Positions 58,392 through 64,000 of a stretch of 64,000 nucleotides of DNA are shown piece by piece. Where the stretch lies: positions 832,001-896,000 of the forward strand of contig CANJVR010000001.1 of NCBI GenBank assembly GCA_947478395.1, given 5' to 3'. This stretch comes from Opitutia bacterium (GTDB taxonomy: Bacteria > Verrucomicrobiota > Verrucomicrobiia > Opitutales > Opitutaceae). Positions within the stretch are counted from its first letter, which is position 1. Every line of letters begins with the position of its first letter. The notes under the pieces are model-generated. The model was not told the DNA's origin. It did no database searches and was given only the letters and a program-made list of their open reading frames with translations. The position numbers were made by a program, and so were the translations under genes.

Positions 58392-61300
58392 TTACTGGGC
58401 GGCGAGGTCGGCCCGCGCTCGCTTGTTGAGAAACTGGGGACTGGTCACGATGCCTTCGATCACACTCTCGAAATGGTAGCCATTGGCAATGAGCTTGGCG
58501 CTCAGATCCTGGATCAGCAGATCGTCTGAGGGGATCAAACTGCGGCCGAGCGCGAACGCGACGAGTTTGCCGCACAGGTTGTCGACGAAATCGTTCTGCC
58601 GGCGATCTTGGATATATTTCTTCAAACCGACCATGCCCGCGCCGGTGGCGCCGCCCGGGAACGTCGCACTCGCGTCGATCGGCCGGCCCGCGAGATCTTT
58701 TTCCCGTCGTTCGCCAATCGGGCCAAATCCTTCGAAGACCAGCCCGAGCGCATCGAAGCGGTCATGGCAGCTGGCGCAGGCGGGATTATCCCGGTGGCGC
58801 GCAAGCATGTCACGCAAGGGCAAATCCAAGTGCGCTTCATCGCGCGCCAGCTCGGGCACATTGGGCGGCGGGGGCGGGATGCGTTCGCCGAGGACATTTT
58901 TTACGACCCAATTGCCGCGCTTGACCGGACTCGTGCGCAGGCCGGGCGCGTTCTTCGTGAGGAACGCCGCCATGGGCAACACGCCACCGCGGTCGTAGCG
59001 GTTGGCCTCTTCGACCCGCACCCAGTCGGCTGGATTTTTCCCGGTGACAGGCATGCCATAGTGTTTCGCGAGCGCGGGATTAACGAACGTGTCGTTGGCG
59101 TAGAGGAAATCGAGGACGGAGCGGTTGTGCTGAAAAACATCCTGCAGAAAACGCACGGGCTCCTCGTACATCGCCTTGCGCAAATCGTCGTTGAAGGACG
59201 CAAACCGCTCACGATCGACCGTCGCCAGACCTTCGAAGCGGCGGAAATCGAGCCAATTGCCGCCGAACTCGACGGCGAGTCCGCGCACCTTTTGATCTTT
59301 AAGCATCCGCTTCGCTTGAGCGGCGACGACCTTAGGCTGGTGCAAATCGCCCGCGGCGGCATGCGCCAATAATTCAGCATCGGGCACGCTCGACCACAGG
59401 AAGTAGCTGAGCCGGCTGGCTAGATCGAAGTCAGACAACGCGTGCACGCCCTTGTCGGATTCCAAGCGGTCGAGCCGGTAGCAAAAATCCGGGGCCATCA
59501 ACACACTCACGATGCCGTCGCGCATCGCCGCCTCGTGATCGAGGCCTTCTTTGCGGGCGGTCAGGTAAAAAGCTTTTAGTTCGTCGCGCTCCTCTTTGGC
59601 CAACGGCCGCCGATACGCGCGCGCCGCGAACTGTTGCAACGCCTCGAGATGGCTGGGCTCGGCCGCGAGCCGGTCTTTCTCTGTCCGACGCAAAGTGGAA
59701 TTAATCCCCGTGAAATAATCATCGATGGCTTTGAGTCCCCGCTCATCGCCCCCGGCCGCTTGCGCCAGAAAATTCGCCCTTTGGCGCTCAATCGCACTCT
59801 CGGTGGTGATGTCCTTGGTCCCCGGAATGGTGGGCGGCTCGATCGCATCTTCCTTCGGGGCCTTCGGGTCCTTCGTGGCCGCGGCGACGTCGCGATTACG
59901 CTGCTGGCCCGGGTTGAATTGAATGTACATGCGCTCGGTCGTCGAGGCGATGAAGTCCATGTTCACCCACATCGCATCCAGTTCCTTGCGCTGTTTGTCG
60001 TCGAGGATCAGCTCGGCGAGCGGCTGGTCGTCGCGGAAATAGCCCATGTTGCTGTGAAACCCGGCGCTCAAATAGCGCCCGCGGTCCTTGCTCGTATCGA
60101 AATAATTCCGCCCGCGTTCCTCCATGTAGAACTTATCCGGGAAAACCCGGCAGAATTTCGCAAACGCGGCTTCATAGCGTTCGCGCTGACCCGCCGGCAC
60201 CACGAGGTCGGGATCGCCCACCTCGTTCTTGATCGGTCGCGTGCGGCCGGGCCCGAATTCGCCGGCGGCGCCGAGTTCATTGGCGACGTCCAGCAGCGGA
60301 GTGAGCGGTTCGCCTTCGACCTGCAGCTGCCCCGGATCGAAGGTCATGCGGTGCGTCGCGTACTGGACGTTTTTCCAAATCATCATCGTCTGGGAGCCGG
60401 AGTTAATGCCACCCGCCGCAATGTTCAGGAACCGAGGCTCAACCTTTGCGCGCAGCTTTACGACGTAGTCGCGCATCCGTCCGCAGGCATCGCGCACCGC
60501 TTGTTCGCCATCAGCCAAGGTCGGCGCGGGCAGGCCGCGCCACAGCGTTTGTAATGTCGCGAGCGGCCCCACTTCCTCTTGCGAGCCTTCGAGCGCGGCC
60601 CAGACCGTGGCCAAATACTTCGGGCTGACTTTGCGCTCGGCGGCGATGTCCTCCAGCTTCACCGCGGACCGGCCGAGGGCTGCACGATTTTTATAGGTCC
60701 ACGCGGCCTGAAAATAATCGGAGAGATTGATGTTCTGCCGATGATAAAAATCGATGATCTGCATCACGCAGTACTGATCTCGATCGGTCTCGACCAGCAT
60801 CGGAGTCGGCGCAAACGCAAAGCCCTGGGGCTTCAGAAACAGGTGGCTCGCCACGTCGCGGGCCGCGGCCAGATATTTTTTAACCAGCGCGGGCGACATC
60901 GTCAGCGATTCACCCGAGTTGTCGAAGCCGGCCGTGTTGGACGGATCGACGGGAAATTCACGCGTCGGTTGGATATCCACGCCCGTGATATCGCGGATGC
61001 TGTAATCGTACTCCGAATTACTCAGCCGGCGCGCCAGTACCAGGCCTGGATCGCCCGCATGTTTCTTCGCGTCGTTTTTCCGGAAATCCTGGATCCAAGT
61101 GACAATCTCCGCCCGCTGCTGCGCCGTCGGATGTTTCTTGGCGTCGTCTGGCGGCATATCGCCCGCCTCGAGCTTCTCCAAAACCAGTTTCCATTGCTCA
61201 TGATTCCTGGCCACCGCTCCAACGGATGCATAAGCGGTGATATCGAAATCACCTTTGGGTTTATCTCCCTTGTGGCAGGAAACACAGTAGGTCTCGACGA

Positions 61301-61418
61301 ACGGATGGACCGTGCGACCAAAGCTGCGTGCGAGCGCCGCGTCGGAAGGCGCACTCGCCGCGGCGGCAAAAGCGAGCGGGGTCAAAGCCAGGAAAGCGGC
61401 GTAAAAAATTTGGCGCAT
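58392..61418 (-). CDS. DUF1587/1595/1592/1588/1585 multi-domain diheme protein (pair 3)
   Basis: Start MRQIFY; CVSCH, RRLSNSEY, LASRLSYFLWSS, TSPVKRG, CASCH. Confidence 0.92.
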   Translation of the reverse strand: MRQIFYAAFLALTPLAFAAAASAPSDAALARSFGRTVHPFVETYCVSCHKGDKPKGDFDITAYASVGAVARNHEQWKLVLEKLEAGDMPPDDAKKHPTAQQRAEIVTWIQDFRKNDAKKHAGDPGLVLARRLSNSEYDYSIRDITGVDIQPTREFPVDPSNTAGFDNSGESLTMSPALVKKYLAAARDVASHLFLKPQGFAFAPTPMLVETDRDQYCVMQIIDFYHRQNINLSDYFQAAWTYKNRAALGRSAVKLEDIAAERKVSPKYLATVWAALEGSQEEVGPLATLQTLWRGLPAPTLADGEQAVRDACGRMRDYVVKLRAKVEPRFLNIAAGGINSGSQTMMIWKNVQYATHRMTFDPGQLQVEGEPLTPLLDVANELGAAGEFGPGRTRPIKNEVGDPDLVVPAGQRERYEAAFAKFCRVFPDKFYMEERGRNYFDTSKDRGRYLSAGFHSNMGYFRDDQPLAELILDDKQRKELDAMWVNMDFIASTTERMYIQFNPGQQRNRDVAAATKDPKAPKEDAIEPPTIPGTKDITTESAIERQRANFLAQAAGGDERGLKAIDDYFTGINSTLRRTEKDRLAAEPSHLEALQQFAARAYRRPLAKEERDELKAFYLTARKEGLDHEAAMRDGIVSVLMAPDFCYRLDRLESDKGVHALSDFDLASRLSYFLWSSVPDAELLAHAAAGDLHQPKVVAAQAKRMLKDQKVRGLAVEFGGNWLDFRRFEGLATVDRERFASFNDDLRKAMYEEPVRFLQDVFQHNRSVLDFLYANDTFVNPALAKHYGMPVTGKNPADWVRVEEANRYDRGGVLPMAAFLTKNAPGLRTSPVKRGNWVVKNVLGERIPPPPPNVPELARDEAHLDLPLRDMLARHRDNPACASCHDRFDALGLVFEGFGPIGERREKDLAGRPIDASATFPGGATGAGMVGLKKYIQDRRQNDFVDNLCGKLVAFALGRSLIPSDDLLIQDLSAKLIANGYHFESVIEGIVTSPQFLNKRARADLAAQ

Positions 61419-61553
61419 AGGGGAAACGTAGCCCAAAACTAAAAAGTCCGGGCGGGGCGTGAGGAAGGCGGGGCGTGATCCGTTGCGGCCGAAGTGATTT
61501 CGATTGGGGCGATTTTCGGCCGTTTTTTAGTCCCGGTCATATTGGCTAACGCC

Positions 61554-62693
61554 TCATTTGCCATCGGCGCGAAACAAGAGCGGGAGGATTTCGAGCAGCT
61601 GCCCGCGAACAAACGCATGGTTATGCACGCCTTCAACCGGATGCCACTGGTGCTGGATGTGCGTGGCAACGAGCGCGTCGACCAGCTGTTGCGATCCGCT
61701 GAAGTGCCCGGGATCTTGGCGTCCGCAACCGATCCAGAGAAGGTCGATCTTGGCGTTGGTCGCTTTCGGATCGGCGACCAAGTCCGCGTGCTGCGTTTGG
61801 AATCCACGATAACCGGACGGGGCCATCGCGCCGATGGAGCTGAACAAATCGAGATGACGGAAAAAGATGGAGAGCGATTGTTCGGCTCCCATCGAGAACC
61901 CACCCACCGCGCGATGCTGCCGGTCGGCGACCACCCGATACTTCGCCTCGACCAACGGCATCACATCTTTGAGCAGATAATCTTCGAAGACGGTCGTGTT
62001 GTTGCGCGCTCCCGCTCCCTGACCGCCACGTGCACCATAAGGCAGCGCGTGGCCGTACGGCATCACGACCACCATCGGCACCGCCTTTTTGTCAGCGATG
62101 AGATTATCGAGGATCAGGTTCACATTCCCGACATCGATCCAGCCCGCCGGGCGGTCGTTCGTGCCGTGAAACAGGTAGAACACCGGATAACGCCGCGCGT
62201 TTTCCTCACTGTAGCCAGGCGGCGTATAAACCCAGAAGGAGCGCGTCTCGCCCCCGATTACGGTAGACTTCTGCCAGTTCATCTCGACGGAGCCGTGCGG
62301 CACGTCGCGTAGTTCATCGAGGGCCGGCTTATCGGCCAGGACTTCAAAGACGCTGGCCGAGGTGCGGGCGCGCAGCTTCATCTTCGGATTGATCGGGTCG
62401 GCCATCGCGATCCCGTCCACCGTGAACGAATAAATATAGCTGCTCGGGGCCAGCGGACCCACGGTGACGCTCCACGTGCCGTCGGCGCCTTTTTCCATTT
62501 TCTGCGTCGGCAGCCAGTCGGTCGTCAGAGTGACCTCGCTCGCTTTCGGCGCCGCGATGCGAAACGTCACGCGTCGGTCCGGCAGAACCTCGGGAAACGC
62601 CGAGGCTGGAGCCGCAGCCGGTGGCGCTGGCGGAGTCTGGGCCGGGGCAACAACGGCCAAGGCAAGCAACAACGTGGGCAGGGCAAGCTTCAT
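61554..62693 (-). CDS. Secreted carbohydrate esterase (CE1-like) with N-terminal CBM48-like Ig domain
   Basis: VTFRIAAPKA...W.VT..PL...Y.Y.F.VDG; VYTPPGY, YLFHG, nucleophile GFSMG, CGRQD, GVH. Confidence 0.9.
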   Translation of the reverse strand: MKLALPTLLLALAVVAPAQTPPAPPAAAPASAFPEVLPDRRVTFRIAAPKASEVTLTTDWLPTQKMEKGADGTWSVTVGPLAPSSYIYSFTVDGIAMADPINPKMKLRARTSASVFEVLADKPALDELRDVPHGSVEMNWQKSTVIGGETRSFWVYTPPGYSEENARRYPVFYLFHGTNDRPAGWIDVGNVNLILDNLIADKKAVPMVVVMPYGHALPYGARGGQGAGARNNTTVFEDYLLKDVMPLVEAKYRVVADRQHRAVGGFSMGAEQSLSIFFRHLDLFSSIGAMAPSGYRGFQTQHADLVADPKATNAKIDLLWIGCGRQDPGHFSGSQQLVDALVATHIQHQWHPVEGVHNHAFVRGQLLEILPLLFRADGK

Positions 62694-63103
62694 AGTGGGG
62701 TAATCCGATGAACGCGGGAACAGGACGCGAAGACACCCGAAAAGAAGCGGAGGGCAAAAGCTTTCTAGGAAACGGGCGCTGAATTTCGAAGGGGTACCCC
62801 AATCGTTTTGAACAGGGCGACCCCTACCGCGTATTCACGTAAAATCATCTGCCGCGGCGCTGCGGGGTTAGGGCCACGCCCACCTTTAGCAATCGCTTGA
62901 TTTTGCGGCGCAAAAAACCCCGTCGCCACTGTTACAGTTAACGAAGACTTCAGATTTTCGCTCGCTCCAATTCCTGCAATCGCTGCAAATCGCGCGGAAC
63001 GTCATCTACCTCACCCCCGTCAGAGCGTGTTCCGCCGCCCCTTGAAGCTTCTTCCATCGAGTGACTCCGCTCGTCCGACGGATTCGCCGTCAAATTTTCC
63101 CCT

Positions 63104-64000
63104 ATGAAATTACGCCCCGTGTTTTGTGCGCCGCTTGCAGTTCTCGCGTTGGCCCAACCTTTGAGTCGCGCCGCTGACGTCGCCCCCGCGCCGGCCGCTG
63201 GCCCCGCGGCTTCGACGCCGTATCACCTCCTCATTAATCCCGCCCCCGGCCTACGCAAAGCGACTCCGGTGATCAACGCGGCGTCCGACGAAGCCGTCAA
63301 CGCCCTCCAACGGATCAAACCTGCCGCCGGCCTCGAAGTGAAACTTTGGGCGGCCGAGCCCATGCTCGCCAATCCTGTGGCGTTCAACATCGACGAACGC
63401 GGCCGCGTCTTTGTCGCTGAGACCTATCGCTACCGCTCCAGCACGCTCGATATCCGCCACTATCTTTGGATGGATCAGGAGGACCTCGCGTCCCGCACGA
63501 TCGAAGATCGGCTGGACATGTTGCAGCGCAACTTCGGGCCTGAAGGCGTGAAGGAGCTCTCGGTCGAAAGTGAAATTATCCGCCTCGTCGAGGACACCAA
63601 GGGTGCCGGTGTCGCTGATCGCAGCAGCGTTTATGCCGACGGGTTCAACTCTCCGCTCGATGGCATCGCGTCCGGCATCATGGTGCGGCGCGGCGAAGTC
63701 TGGTTTACCGATATTCCCAGCATCTGGAAAATGACCGGAGAACAAAAAGCCGAGACGCGCACTGAAATCAGCCGCGGCTACGGCGTGCATTTCAGCCTGA
63801 CCGGCCACGATCTGCACGGGCCAACATGGGGCCCCGATGGCAAAATCTATTTTAGCTTCGGCGACCGCGGCGCGAGCGTAAAAACTAAGGAAGGCATCAC
63901 GCTCAACACCCCGGACAACGGGGCCGTTTACCGCATGAATCCCGACGGCACCCAGCTCGAGATTTTCGCGGACGGCCTACGCAACCCGCAATCGCTGCTC
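63104..64000 (+). CDS. PVC-type membrane-bound dehydrogenase-like propeller protein (3' end runs off the window)
   Basis: Not in the ORF track. Manual translation from ATG 63104: MKLRPV signal, LWAAEPMLANPVAF..DERGR.FVAET, GHDLHG..WGPDGKIYFSFGD, GLRNPQ. Confidence 0.88.
   Translation, partial: MKLRPVFCAPLAVLALAQPLSRAADVAPAPAAGPAASTPYHLLINPAPGLRKATPVINAASDEAVNALQRIKPAAGLEVKLWAAEPMLANPVAFNIDERGRVFVAETYRYRSSTLDIRHYLWMDQEDLASRTIEDRLDMLQRNFGPEGVKELSVESEIIRLVEDTKGAGVADRSSVYADGFNSPLDGIASGIMVRRGEVWFTDIPSIWKMTGEQKAETRTEISRGYGVHFSLTGHDLHGPTWGPDGKIYFSFGDRGASVKTKEGITLNTPDNGAVYRMNPDGTQLEIFADGLRNPQSLL

Noticed and set aside
62694..63103. GCAATCGCT repeats and GGGG/CCCC boxes in the divergent intergenic region
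   Set aside because: Too short and degenerate to call operators without comparative data.
63251..63817. Minus-strand 188-aa ORF
   Set aside because: Shadow of the plus-strand propeller dehydrogenase gene starting at 63104.
1..64000. CRISPR array, prophage, integrase/transposase, tRNA/rRNA, defence system
   Set aside because: No regularly spaced repeats or recognisable genes or RNAs of these kinds were seen by eye.

Overview
High-GC bacterial chromosome segment. Gene content (three DUF1592/DUF1552 pairs, PVC-type heme proteins, DUF1080, Gld-like ABC transporter) suggests a Verrucomicrobia, probably Opitutaceae-like, genome; this is inferred, not searched. The left third is mostly housekeeping: glutamine synthetase II with a sigma-54 promoter, a mini-kinase/PP2C/GGCT operon, dnaX with the SRP RNA upstream, an ECF sigma module, leuA, panE, rlmN, a GldAFG-like ABC transporter and metF. 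The rest is rich in exported carbohydrate and redox proteins: six alpha/beta hydrolases, a PQQ dehydrogenase with cytochrome c, a sugar isomerase/oxidoreductase/DUF1080 operon, a GH106-like hydrolase, mqo and an ApbE-DUF2271/PepSY flavinylation module. Strongest signals: (1) dnaX stops right after an A10 run containing A_AAA_AAG, and a -1 shift there gives a ~550-aa tau-like product, the reverse of the E. coli arrangement; (2) a ~13-kb co-directional diheme/Tat/flavinylation gene run; (3) a minimal kinase-phosphatase-GGCT operon divergent from glnII; (4) dispersed palindromic repeat families, some supplying stop codons. No CRISPR array, rRNA, tRNA or intact transposase was seen. Family names come from motif recognition only.
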